From Erysipelotrichaceae bacterium OH741_COT-311 (GTDB lineage: Bacteria; Bacillota_I; Bacilli_A; Erysipelotrichales; Erysipelotrichaceae): 32,000 nucleotides of DNA. The position numbers and the translations under genes were made by a program. The stretch covers positions 1 through 32,000 of the forward strand of contig RQZE01000012.1 in NCBI GenBank assembly GCA_003858585.1, in the 5' to 3' direction. Under the pieces are notes generated by a model. It did no database searches and had not been told where the DNA came from. It saw only the letters and a program-made list of their open reading frames with translations. Positions 7,632 through 14,962 of this stretch are shown here, one piece after another. The first letter of the stretch is position 1. Each line of letters starts with the position of its first letter.

Positions 7632-8105
7632 ATGGAAAAGATGAATCACAAATTTTTTGGACAGTTAGATTTAGTAAATGGATTAAAAGATCAAATTGAT
7701 TTTGGAGATAATACTATTGTTTTATGGGAAGAAGATATCAATGGGATAAATACAACACTTTGGTATGGTAAACCAGCTGAAATTAGGTCAGAAATATTAG
7801 ATGCTTTCTCCAAATTTTTAACTGATTTTAAACAAAATGATGAAAAAGCTAGGAAAGCACTAGAAAAATATTTATTAGAAGATAATGAATATATTGTTTT
7901 TCATAAGGAAGAAATAGAACTTGATGTCCCTAAAGATGCTAAAGAATTTGTAGGGTATATGAAAGTTACTAATATAGGATTTTGGATAGATGGAGAAAAT
8001 TCAATTATTGTTGACTATATGATAGAACCGGAAGAAAGTGATGAGATATTAGCAGTTAAATTTGATAGTAATTTTGAAATTAAGGATATTGCATGGGAAA
8101 GTTAG
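7632..8105 (+). CDS. Hypothetical protein (possibly DUF2262-like; immunity-island type)
   Basis: 157 aa. RBS is AAAGGGAGG. The frame is open without an ATG from 7461 and includes the WVYVTSEFE remnant. The C-terminus is IIVDYMIEPEESDEILAVKFDSNFEIKDIAWES. Confidence 0.55.
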   Translation: MEKMNHKFFGQLDLVNGLKDQIDFGDNTIVLWEEDINGINTTLWYGKPAEIRSEILDAFSKFLTDFKQNDEKARKALEKYLLEDNEYIVFHKEEIELDVPKDAKEFVGYMKVTNIGFWIDGENSIIVDYMIEPEESDEILAVKFDSNFEIKDIAWES

Positions 8106-8129
8106 TTTTAATTTTTAAAAGGAGTAGGT

Positions 8130-8384
8130 ATGGAAAACATATTTGAATATTTAAAAGCACATTTTGAGTTTGTATTAATTGGATTTGGATTACTTGAAAT
8201 TATAGGTTCAATTTTAAGATGGAGCTGGATACTTGAGCCATCAGGAAAAATGAAAAACTCTTTTATATGTTCAGCAATTATGGATAAATGGGGAGAAAAT
8301 GGTTTAAGAGCTATAAATATTTTCTTTGGTATTATACTTATAATATGTGGTGTTTTATTTTTGATACTTGGTAATAGAGGATAA
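8130..8384 (+). CDS. Imm17-like two-TM small membrane protein
   Basis: 84 aa. RBS is AAAGGAG. Two hydrophobic helices (VLIGFGLLEIIGSIL, INIFFGIILIICGVLFLILG) flank WSWILEP...WGENGLR. This resembles the immunity-17 family pattern as I remember it. Confidence 0.55.
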   Translation: MENIFEYLKAHFEFVLIGFGLLEIIGSILRWSWILEPSGKMKNSFICSAIMDKWGENGLRAINIFFGIILIICGVLFLILGNRG

Positions 8385-8410
8385 AATATAAAATTGCATA
8401 TTTGTTAAGT

Positions 8411-8583
8411 ATGATTTCCTATAAAGTCACAGGAGATTATCCTGCTTTAGAAAGTAATCACGAGAAGTTAACGGAAGATATTACGGAATATATAGAGATT
8501 ATAAAATTGAATGGATAAAAGTTGTTAACGATGAAGAAATTAACACAGAAAAATGGGTATATGTAACAAGTGAATTTGAATAA
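8411..8583 (+). pseudogene. Decayed small ORF (frameshifted) ending in the WVYVTSEFE repeat
   Basis: ORF 8411..8518 reads MISYKVTGDYPALESNHEKLTEDITEYIEIIKLNG*. The -1 frame is open from 8458 to TAA 8581-8583 and reads ...DYKIEWIKVVNDEEINTEKWVYVTSEFE*. The two pieces overlap. Confidence 0.4.
8553..8580 (+). repeat. 28-nt exact repeat, copy B' (partner at 7520..7547)
   Basis: See 7520..7547. Confidence 0.9.
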
Positions 8584-8603
8584 TACTCTAAAGGAGGATT
8601 AAT

Positions 8604-9113
8604 GTGAAAAAATATATTTGGAGCGAGCATGATTATTATAAAAAAAATTGTACAGGAGAGCCACTTACAAATGAAATGATTCGGGATGCAGAAAGTAAAC
8701 TTGGATATAAATTACCACAAGCATATATCGATATGATGAAAAGTAGAAATGGTGGAAAATTAATTCATAATTATTGGGTAAATAAAAATGCAAAAAGCAA
8801 TGAAGTGAATGTCGTTGGGATTGAATGTTTTTATAGTATTGGAAGTGAAAAAGATAATTCACTTTTTGGGAAATTTGGTAATGAATTTTGGTTTAGTGAG
8901 TGGGAATATCCAAGAGATGTGGGAATAATTATTGCTGAAACAGAATCTGGAGGACATGAGATGATATATTTAGACTATCGTGAATCTGGAAAAGATGGAG
9001 AACCAAAAGTATCCGTTTGTTTTGCAGAATATGATTACGAGATACAAGTACTATCAAATAGTTTTGAAGAATTTATTGATATGTTAGTATCAGAAGATGA
9101 TCTTGAACTTTAA
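8604..9113 (+). CDS. SMI1/KNR4 (SUKH) family immunity-type protein, copy 2
   Basis: 169 aa with a GTG start 6 nt after AAGGAGG. By eye it is roughly three-quarters identical to 3569..4081, with an identical 24-aa block ECFYSIGSEKDNSLFGKFGNEFWF. Confidence 0.8.
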   Translation: MKKYIWSEHDYYKKNCTGEPLTNEMIRDAESKLGYKLPQAYIDMMKSRNGGKLIHNYWVNKNAKSNEVNVVGIECFYSIGSEKDNSLFGKFGNEFWFSEWEYPRDVGIIIAETESGGHEMIYLDYRESGKDGEPKVSVCFAEYDYEIQVLSNSFEEFIDMLVSEDDLEL

Positions 9114-9120
9114 AAGGTAT

Positions 9121-9162
9121 AATAAAGTAATAAAATAAAAAATTTAAAAATTTGGTTGCCAC
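9121..9162 (+). repeat. Cassette-junction repeat, copy B (partner at 7448..7490)
   Basis: See 7448..7490. Confidence 0.7.
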
Positions 9163-9166
9163 TAGG

Positions 9167-9215
9167 GCGGAATTTTCACTATTAAAGTATAGGGGAAATT
9201 TCGCTCTTTTGTTTT
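9167..9215 (+). terminator. Intrinsic terminator closing the immunity-gene array
   Basis: 11-bp RNA stem GCGGAATTTTC (9167-9177) / GGAAATTTCGC (9194-9204) with two G-U pairs and a 16-nt loop, followed by TCTTTTGTTTTG. Confidence 0.55.
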
Positions 9216-9693
9216 GCGTACAGATAGAACCTATAACCGCTCTTTGACAACTGAATAGACCAAAGTAGGACGTTATCTATTTATGGAGAATTAGAACTTA
9301 CGCAAAGACCTTTCTGCTTAAAGGTTTAAATGAATACTTGTATCAGTCTTATACAAAGGATAAAAGAAAGTGAGCGGTAAATAGGAATACCTAAACATAT
9401 AGCGTGGCAACTATGTGCGATGAAATAAATAGTGATAATGATACTTCAATACGTTGAGCTTCCCATCGAGAAAAGGGGAGTAGTGAGATGCCAATGTAGC
9501 AGCCAATGCACCTACTAATGTCAAAAAACTTAAATCATAAATAAAGGAGATTTATTATGAAAACTAAAAACAAATTATCAAAACAAAAAGATGAAAAAAC
9601 TAAGGAAAAAAAATGAAAAATAAAGTAAAAATAAGTTTTTCCAATGGTAATAAATTAAGTCTAGAGGTTCTCATCTTTTTTATAATAACTATA

Positions 9694-9722
9694 TTGTAAT
9701 ACTATATAGCTAGTGATATAAT
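9694..9722 (+). promoter_or_regulatory. Promoter of the padR operon
   Basis: TTGTAA (9694-9699), a 17-nt spacer, then TATAAT (9717-9722) preceded by TGA (extended -10). The direct repeat ACTATAT x2 overlaps the spacer and could be an operator. Confidence 0.55.
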
Positions 9723-9741
9723 ATATTCAAGGAGGTAGCCT

Positions 9742-10056
9742 ATGAATGCACAATTTAAAAAGGGAGTCCTAGAAATGTGTGTCCTTTCTTTACTGTCTAA
9801 AAAAGATATGTATGGTTATGAGTTAACCGAGCAGATTGGTAAAGAAATGGCGGTTACAACAGGAACATTGTATATCATTTTAAAGCGTTTAACCGATGAA
9901 GGATATTTTACAACTTATTTAAAGGAAAGCAGTGATGGTCCTGCTAGAAAGTATTATACCTTAACGGAAAAGGGGCATCATAAACAAGAGGAATTGAAAA
10001 AGAACTGGCATCAATTTGTAGTGAGTGTCAATCGTTTAATGGAGGAAGTTTTATGA
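9742..10056 (+). CDS. PadR family transcriptional regulator
   Basis: 104 aa. RBS is AAGGAGG. KGVLEMCVLSLLSKKDMYGYELTEQI...GTLYIILKRLTDEGYFTTYL...ARKYYTLTEKG is a canonical PadR wHTH. Its stop overlaps the next start (ATGA). Confidence 0.9.
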   Translation: MNAQFKKGVLEMCVLSLLSKKDMYGYELTEQIGKEMAVTTGTLYIILKRLTDEGYFTTYLKESSDGPARKYYTLTEKGHHKQEELKKNWHQFVVSVNRLMEEVL

Positions 10057-11252
10057 ATAAACAAGAGTATTTAGCACAATTAGAAACGTTATTACAAGAT
10101 AAAAATCCACAAGTAGCTAAGGAAATCATGGATAGTTTTCATCAGCATTTTCAAGATGGTTTGGCAAGTGGTTATCAGGAAGAAGAAATCATTGAGGGTT
10201 TAGGTAGTGTAGAAGAGTTGCTTCAAGAGCTTCAAGCATTGCCGTCTTATGAAGAAGAGATTACATCGATGGTCTTAGAGGTGGAAGATATTAACTTAAA
10301 CATTGCTCATCATGCCGGAGCAAATATCATTGATTTTGAAGATGAGGTAAGCGATTTAGATATTTATAACTATGATTTTGAAAAAGAAGTAGTAGATGGG
10401 GTATTATCAATCAAGATTAAACGTAAAAAGAAAGGCATTTTTTTAGCTAGAAAGCGTGCAACGTTATCCTTATTCCTTCCTTCTTCTATGCAATACATTA
10501 AAATTCACTCAGAAAGCGGTGATGTAGAGATTTCCGATGTATCCTTACATGGCTTGGTGGTGGATATGGGTTTCGGTGATCTTGCGTTAAAAGAACTTGA
10601 GGTGGAAAAGATTAAGATTCATAATCAAGTGGGTGATAGTGCTTTAATGAATAGTAAGGGTAATGTTATTTTAGAGAGTAAGTCCGGGGATGTTTATGTT
10701 AAGGATATACAAGGGGATACGATGCAGCTTACTGTTACCTCAGGAGATGTAGAGATCGAGCATAGTCAGCTTCAACATGTGATTGTAAAGAGTACATCGG
10801 GTGATATTGAATTGAACAATGTCACAGCAGTAAGTCTTGATGGACAGGCAACAAGTGGAGATGTTGAAATCAAGCATGGCAATATGAAGGAAGTGGCTTT
10901 ACAAGTAAAAAGCGGAGATATTCAAGTGGAAAAGAGTGTAGTTATCAATGCCGAATTAAAAAGTACATGTGGAGATATTGAGTTTGATGGAAGTTGTACG
11001 TCTATAAAAGCAAGTGGAGCTTCCGGTGATATTTGTTTGGATGTCAAAGAAGTGAAGCGTATTGAAGCGGATACTAAGATGGGGGATGTTGAGATTTCTT
11101 TACATGGGAAAGGATATGTTGCTGATCTTGAAACGGTGGCTGGAGATATTGAGGTATATGGAGATAAGGAAGAAGATGGTTCTTATTATTATGGTAGTCA
11201 AGAGGTTTCTATTAGCGTTGCTACAACGATGGGGGATATTTGTATTGACTAA
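10053..11252 (+). CDS. HAAS (DUF1700)-like N-domain fused to a DUF4097-type beta-helical repeat protein
   Basis: 399 aa. The N-terminus MNKQEYLAQLETLLQD...EEEIIEGLGSVEEL is DUF1700-like. The C-terminal 245 aa carry 13 xGD[VIL]x[IVL] units (SGDVEI, SGDIEL and others) every 17-21 aa. It is translationally coupled to padR. Confidence 0.75.
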   Translation: MNKQEYLAQLETLLQDKNPQVAKEIMDSFHQHFQDGLASGYQEEEIIEGLGSVEELLQELQALPSYEEEITSMVLEVEDINLNIAHHAGANIIDFEDEVSDLDIYNYDFEKEVVDGVLSIKIKRKKKGIFLARKRATLSLFLPSSMQYIKIHSESGDVEISDVSLHGLVVDMGFGDLALKELEVEKIKIHNQVGDSALMNSKGNVILESKSGDVYVKDIQGDTMQLTVTSGDVEIEHSQLQHVIVKSTSGDIELNNVTAVSLDGQATSGDVEIKHGNMKEVALQVKSGDIQVEKSVVINAELKSTCGDIEFDGSCTSIKASGASGDICLDVKEVKRIEADTKMGDVEISLHGKGYVADLETVAGDIEVYGDKEEDGSYYYGSQEVSISVATTMGDICID

Positions 11253-11264
11253 ATAGACTCATCC

Positions 11265-11293
11265 TTGACTTCTTGTGAAAGAGGGGCTATAAT
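11265..11293 (+). promoter_or_regulatory. Candidate rplK-rplA promoter
   Basis: TTGACT (11265-11270), a 17-nt spacer, then TATAAT (11288-11293). Confidence 0.55.
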
Positions 11294-11296
11294 GAT

Positions 11297-11328
11297 ACTC
11301 GCTACCATTGTGTAGTGAGTTTTTTATT
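11297..11328 (+). terminator. Hairpin plus T-run: either the terminator of the padR operon or an attenuator in the rplK leader
   Basis: Stem ACTCGCTAC / GTAGTGAGT (9 bp, one G-U) with a 6-nt loop, followed by TTTTTATT. It begins only about 4 nt after the candidate -10, so its role is ambiguous. Confidence 0.5.
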
Positions 11329-11395
11329 GCGTGGAAGGATTGGCAATTAATCCGTTATAACCACTGCATGACATTTTGATTAGGAGGAATTGTCT

Positions 11396-11818
11396 ATGAG
11401 TAAGAAAATTGCAAAAATCGCCAAGCTACAATTTCCGGCTGGTGGTGCTAGACCCGGACCGGCATTAGCGTCTGCCGGTATCAACATGCCTCAATTCTGT
11501 ACGGCTTTTAATGATGCGACGAAGGATCGTGCAGGAAGTATTGTGCCTGTAATTATTACAGCGTATGAAGATAAGTCTTTTGATTTTGTATTAAAGACGA
11601 CTCCGGCTTCAAATTTATTAAAAGAAGCTGCTAAGATTAAGTCTGGGAGTGCAAATGCAAAGACAACAAAAGCTGGTAAAATTACAGTGGAACAATTAAG
11701 AGAAATCGCAGAATACAAAATGCCGGATTTAAATGCAAATGATGTTGAAGCTGCAATGCGTATTGTTGCCGGTACTGCTCGTAATATGGGTATTACTATT
11801 GAAGGTATGGAGGGTTAA
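11396..11818 (+). CDS. rplK: 50S ribosomal protein L11
   Basis: [40 protein letters not shown]... The track start (TTG 11390) is too close to the AGGAGG at 11383-11388. ATG 11396 has 7-nt spacing. Confidence 0.95.
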   Translation: MSKKIAKIAKLQFPAGGARPGPALASAGINMPQFCTAFNDATKDRAGSIVPVIITAYEDKSFDFVLKTTPASNLLKEAAKIKSGSANAKTTKAGKITVEQLREIAEYKMPDLNANDVEAAMRIVAGTARNMGITIEGMEG

Positions 11819-11822
11819 TTCG

Positions 11823-12506
11823 ATGGCTAAAAGATGCAAAAGATATGTAGAAGCTACTAAATTAGTAGAAGAGAATAAGCAATATACAGCCCTTGAAGCT
11901 GTTGAGTTAGCAAAGAAAACAAGCACAGTTAAATTTGATGCTTCTGTTGAAGTTTCATTTAACTTGAATGTCGATCCACGTCATGCTGATCAACAAATCC
12001 GTGGTGCGATGGTACTTCCAAATGGTACCGGTCGTAGCCAAAAAGTATTAGTTATCACACAAGGTGCAAAAGAGCAAGAAGCAAAAGATGCCGGAGCTGA
12101 TTTTGTTGGTGGTAAGGAAATGCTTGAAGACATCAAAAAAGGTTGGTTTGATTTTGATGTTATCGTTGCAACACCGGACATGATGGGTGAACTTGGTAAA
12201 TTAGGGAAAGTATTAGGTCCTAAAGGATTGATGCCTAACCCTAAAACAGGTACAGTTACTGTAAATGTTGCAAATGCTGTAAATGAAATCAAAAAGGGTA
12301 AAATTGAATACCGTGTTGATAAAGAAGGTAATATTAACTGCTTAATTGGTAAAACATCATTTAGTGTAGAAGCGTTAGCAGATAACTATAAGGCGTTATA
12401 TAACCAATTATTAAAGGCTCGTCCTGCTGCAGTAAAAGGTAATTACATGAAGTCAATTACAATTTCTACTACAATGGGTCCTGGTATTAAAGTAGCTGCT
12501 GAATAA
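11823..12506 (+). CDS. rplA: 50S ribosomal protein L1
   Basis: [32 protein letters not shown]...[27 protein letters not shown]. The track ORF (11733) carries a spurious 30-aa extension that overlaps rplK. Confidence 0.95.
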   Translation: MAKRCKRYVEATKLVEENKQYTALEAVELAKKTSTVKFDASVEVSFNLNVDPRHADQQIRGAMVLPNGTGRSQKVLVITQGAKEQEAKDAGADFVGGKEMLEDIKKGWFDFDVIVATPDMMGELGKLGKVLGPKGLMPNPKTGTVTVNVANAVNEIKKGKIEYRVDKEGNINCLIGKTSFSVEALADNYKALYNQLLKARPAAVKGNYMKSITISTTMGPGIKVAAE

Positions 12507-12509
12507 TTT

Positions 12510-12533
12510 ACTCCACTTATGTGGAGTTTTTTT
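12510..12533 (+). terminator. Intrinsic terminator after rplA
   Basis: ACTCCAC-TTAT-GTGGAGT followed by TTTTTT. Confidence 0.8.
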
Positions 12534-12559
12534 ATGGTAAAATAGAGCAAGGTGATAGT

Positions 12560-13420
12560 ATGAAAGAAATTTTAAGTTATGGTAATCAAATCTTTGCACA
12601 GGGGTTGGTTTTATTTATAGTGTATACGGTCTTTGTGGTGATCGTAGCCTATGTTGTGCGAAAGCTGTTGACAAAGTATTTAGTAAAAACACTTGAAAAA
12701 AAGGATAGTAAAGGGAAAACAACAACAAATTTTTATATTAATATTTTAAAAACATTTATTTATGGAATTGCGGTATTCATCATTTTATCAGATGTAAAAC
12801 CGTTAAGTTCCTTAGGTAAGGCAATTCTTGGTGCTTCTTCACTTTTAGCGGTTATTGTCGGGCTAGCGGCACAAGAGACATTAGGTAATTTTATTGCAGG
12901 GTTTATGCTTTCAATTTATCAACCGTTTCGTGTGGGGGATTTAATTGTCTTAAAAGAGAAAGATGTAACAGGTTTTATTACTTCTATTGGGTTTCGTGAT
13001 ACACGTATTCGTACCTTTGATAACACCTTAGTTATTGTTCCAAATAGTGTAATGAGTTCTACCATTATTGAAAACATAGAAGCAAGTAGCAAGAGGTTTC
13101 GTAACTCTGTTTATTTTTCAATTAGTTATGATAGTGACATTGATCTTGCAGAGCGTTTAATTAAAGAACAATGTTCTTTGTTGTCGCAGATTATTGATGC
13201 TCGTGATCATGCGGAAAAGGCCCGCAAAGAAGAAATTGTTAAAGTCTTTTGTACAGGGTTAAAAGATTATTTTGTAGAATTACGTGTCATATTTTTTACC
13301 AAGAGTATGCGTGAAGGTTTTGAAACATCTAGTGTTTTACGTAAAAAAGTGAAAAAAGCATTTGAGGAACATGGAATTAAAATACCATTTCCAACACGTG
13401 TTACATACAATAAGGAGTAG
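12560..13420 (+). CDS. Small-conductance mechanosensitive channel (MscS family)
   Basis: LLAVIVGLAAQETLGNFIAGFMLSIYQPFRVGDLIVL is the MscS TM3/beta-domain signature. The track start (GTG 12521) lies inside the rplA terminator. ATG 12560 follows AAGGTGA. Confidence 0.85.
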   Translation: MKEILSYGNQIFAQGLVLFIVYTVFVVIVAYVVRKLLTKYLVKTLEKKDSKGKTTTNFYINILKTFIYGIAVFIILSDVKPLSSLGKAILGASSLLAVIVGLAAQETLGNFIAGFMLSIYQPFRVGDLIVLKEKDVTGFITSIGFRDTRIRTFDNTLVIVPNSVMSSTIIENIEASSKRFRNSVYFSISYDSDIDLAERLIKEQCSLLSQIIDARDHAEKARKEEIVKVFCTGLKDYFVELRVIFFTKSMREGFETSSVLRKKVKKAFEEHGIKIPFPTRVTYNKE

Positions 13421-13422
13421 TT

Positions 13423-14472
13423 ATGGTATTTGGGATATTGCTAATCATTGTAGCCATTTGTTTTATACGCTTAGGCTACATTATAAAAAAAGATAAACGT
13501 TCATTGGCTTTGGGAGTATGGACATTTAATAGTGTGGTTGCTTTAGGGATATTTGTTTTGGCGCTTTTTGTTGCCAATACACATTTACTACCGGAGTGGC
13601 TTATGACTTTGATTATGGGTGGCATTCTTTTTGTTCTCTTTTTACTGTTAATCTTGCCATTTTTTATCTTGTTGTTATTTTTAATTAACGGTATTTTAAT
13701 CTTATGGAAAGAAGGTATTAAATTACGAAATGTCTTAACTTTATTGATGACCTTCTTAATCCTCTTTTATTTAGTGTTTTGGCCAAGTGTCGGTTCGATT
13801 ATTCCGGATGGACCTGCCGGTTATCTCTATTTGTATGTCGGATTTATCTTTGGCTTTACGATTGTCTGGATTAGTGTTTATGGCTTATCAAACTATTTAA
13901 ATCAAATACACTTCTTTGTCAAACACATTGATTACATTGTAGTTTTAGGATGTGCTTTAAATAAAGATCAAGTAACACCGTTGCTTGCTTCAAGGGTAGA
14001 TAAGGCATTGAAACTAGCAAGAAAGCATCCTGAGGCAACCGTAATTTTTTCAGGTGGAAAAGGAAGTGATGAACTGATTAGTGAAGCTATGGCAATGGCA
14101 AATTATGCAAGTAGTCAAGGTTTTGAGGTAGGGCGTATGTTACTGGAAGAACATTCAAGCAATACCAAAGAGAATATCGAAAACTCCTACACCATGATGA
14201 AAGAAACCAAACAAGTCGCTCTGGTTACGAGTAATTATCATGTCTTGCGTGCATTGATGATTGCCAAAACATTAGGAGTATCGTGTATTGGGTATGGTGC
14301 AAAAACAAAGTTATATTTTGCTTTAAATGCCTTCTTACGTGAATTTGTAGGGTATCTTTATTTGTATAAGAAACAATTACTTCGATTGTTGGCATACTAT
14401 ACCTTTGGATATTTGGTGTTAATTGCAATAAAAGAACTTTTAGAATTATATTTTTTAAAAATGACTAGATAA
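13423..14472 (+). CDS. Multi-TM protein with a C-terminal DUF218 (YdcF/SanA-like) domain
   Basis: 349 aa. The N-terminal half is hydrophobic. IDYIVVLGCAL..., SSNTKENIENS and VTSNYHVLRA match DUF218 motifs. Confidence 0.75.
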   Translation: MVFGILLIIVAICFIRLGYIIKKDKRSLALGVWTFNSVVALGIFVLALFVANTHLLPEWLMTLIMGGILFVLFLLLILPFFILLLFLINGILILWKEGIKLRNVLTLLMTFLILFYLVFWPSVGSIIPDGPAGYLYLYVGFIFGFTIVWISVYGLSNYLNQIHFFVKHIDYIVVLGCALNKDQVTPLLASRVDKALKLARKHPEATVIFSGGKGSDELISEAMAMANYASSQGFEVGRMLLEEHSSNTKENIENSYTMMKETKQVALVTSNYHVLRALMIAKTLGVSCIGYGAKTKLYFALNAFLREFVGYLYLYKKQLLRLLAYYTFGYLVLIAIKELLELYFLKMTR

Positions 14473-14495
14473 ACGTTTTATCTAGTTTTTATTTT
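14464..14495 (+). terminator. Intrinsic terminator overlapping the stop codon of 13423..14472
   Basis: ACTAGATAAA-CGT-TTTATCTAGT (10-bp stem) followed by TTTTTATTTT. Confidence 0.8.
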
Positions 14496-14520
14496 CGTTG
14501 GATTAAGTATCATGTTTTTG

Positions 14521-14546
14521 AATAATAAAAAGGACGTTTCGTCCTT
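14521..14546 (-). terminator. Intrinsic terminator of small membrane-protein gene 1
   Basis: On the minus strand: AAGGACG-AAA-CGTCCTT followed by TTTTTATTATT. Confidence 0.75.
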
Positions 14547-14555
14547 GTGTAGTGA

Positions 14556-14771
14556 TTATTTCTCTTTGTCTTTATTTTTTTTAGCGCGTCTATCGGTAAG
14601 TATTACATTTATGATTAGCAAAATAGTTATTGTAATTATTACAAATCCAAAGTACGGCCACTCAGTGTTACCTGCATTATAAACTTTGAATGGATAAGAT
14701 AAACTAACACCTGTCCATATAAAAGAAAGTAAAATAAATGGTATTGTTAATTGTTCAAATAGTTTTTTCAT
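14556..14771 (-). CDS. Small two-TM membrane protein, paralogue 1
   Basis: 71 aa, MKKLFEQLTIPFILLSFIWTGV...FGFVIITITILLIINVIL plus a basic tail. RBS is AAAGGAG. Confidence 0.7.
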   Translation of the reverse strand: MKKLFEQLTIPFILLSFIWTGVSLSYPFKVYNAGNTEWPYFGFVIITITILLIINVILTDRRAKKNKDKEK

Positions 14772-14834
14772 ATAAGTATAATCTCCTTTGGCTTCATTTT
14801 ATCTTGTATTGGATGAATATTCAATATGAGTATA
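14751..14834. repeat. 84-bp direct repeat, copy 1 (first 7 codons, 5'UTR and promoter of small gene 1)
   Basis: 82 of 84 nt are identical to 15149..15232, at a period of 398 bp. It contains the 10-bp palindrome TGAATATTCA (14814-14823). Confidence 0.95.
14796..14824 (-). promoter_or_regulatory. Promoter of small membrane-protein gene 1
   Basis: On the minus strand: TTGAAT, a 17-nt spacer, then TAAAAT. The -35 is embedded in the palindrome TGAATATTCA. Confidence 0.5.
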
Positions 14835-14962
14835 ATGGATATACTTTTTAAGCATAGAAAAGGTATTAATGATTGACAAAATTATATGTTTGTTATAGTG
14901 CGAATAAAAAGTGATAATTTGTTTCAAGGTTTATTTAGATAATAAAAAGAATATTTTTTTAA

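Noticed and set aside
7448-9162. Integron-like attC sites at the cassette junctions
   Set aside because: The repeated junction sequence is AT-rich and not an imperfect palindrome. It lacks RYYYAAC/GTTRRRY core sites, and no intI-like integrase is visible in the window.
9236-9270. CGCTCTTTGACAACTGAATAGACCAAAG resembles the CTTTGAAAACTGAA-type motif found in Firmicute rRNA operon leaders and spacers
   Set aside because: It is a short, isolated similarity recalled from memory. No 16S/23S/5S or tRNA sequence is adjacent, so it cannot be distinguished from chance without a search.
11062-11256. + strand ORF 11062..11256 overlapping the end of the DUF4097 gene in another frame
   Set aside because: It lies fully inside a gene whose repeat structure continues through this region. 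It has no RBS and its composition is an artefact of the repeat.
11733-11822. Long N-terminal extensions suggested by the ORF track for rplA (11733), the MscS gene (12521), rplJ (15453), rplK (11390) and 29447..30118
   Set aside because: The extensions overlap upstream genes, terminator hairpins or the RBS itself. Internal ATGs with proper Shine-Dalgarno spacing give N-termini matching the conserved families.
14873-14902. + strand promoter-like TTGACA-N15-TATAGT reading antisense into small membrane-protein gene 2 (possible antisense RNA, type I TA-like)
   Set aside because: The spacer is only 15-16 nt. The element sits at a position analogous to the genuine rplJ promoter in the neighbouring repeat unit, so it is more simply a decayed duplicate of that promoter. 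There is no other support for an antisense transcript.
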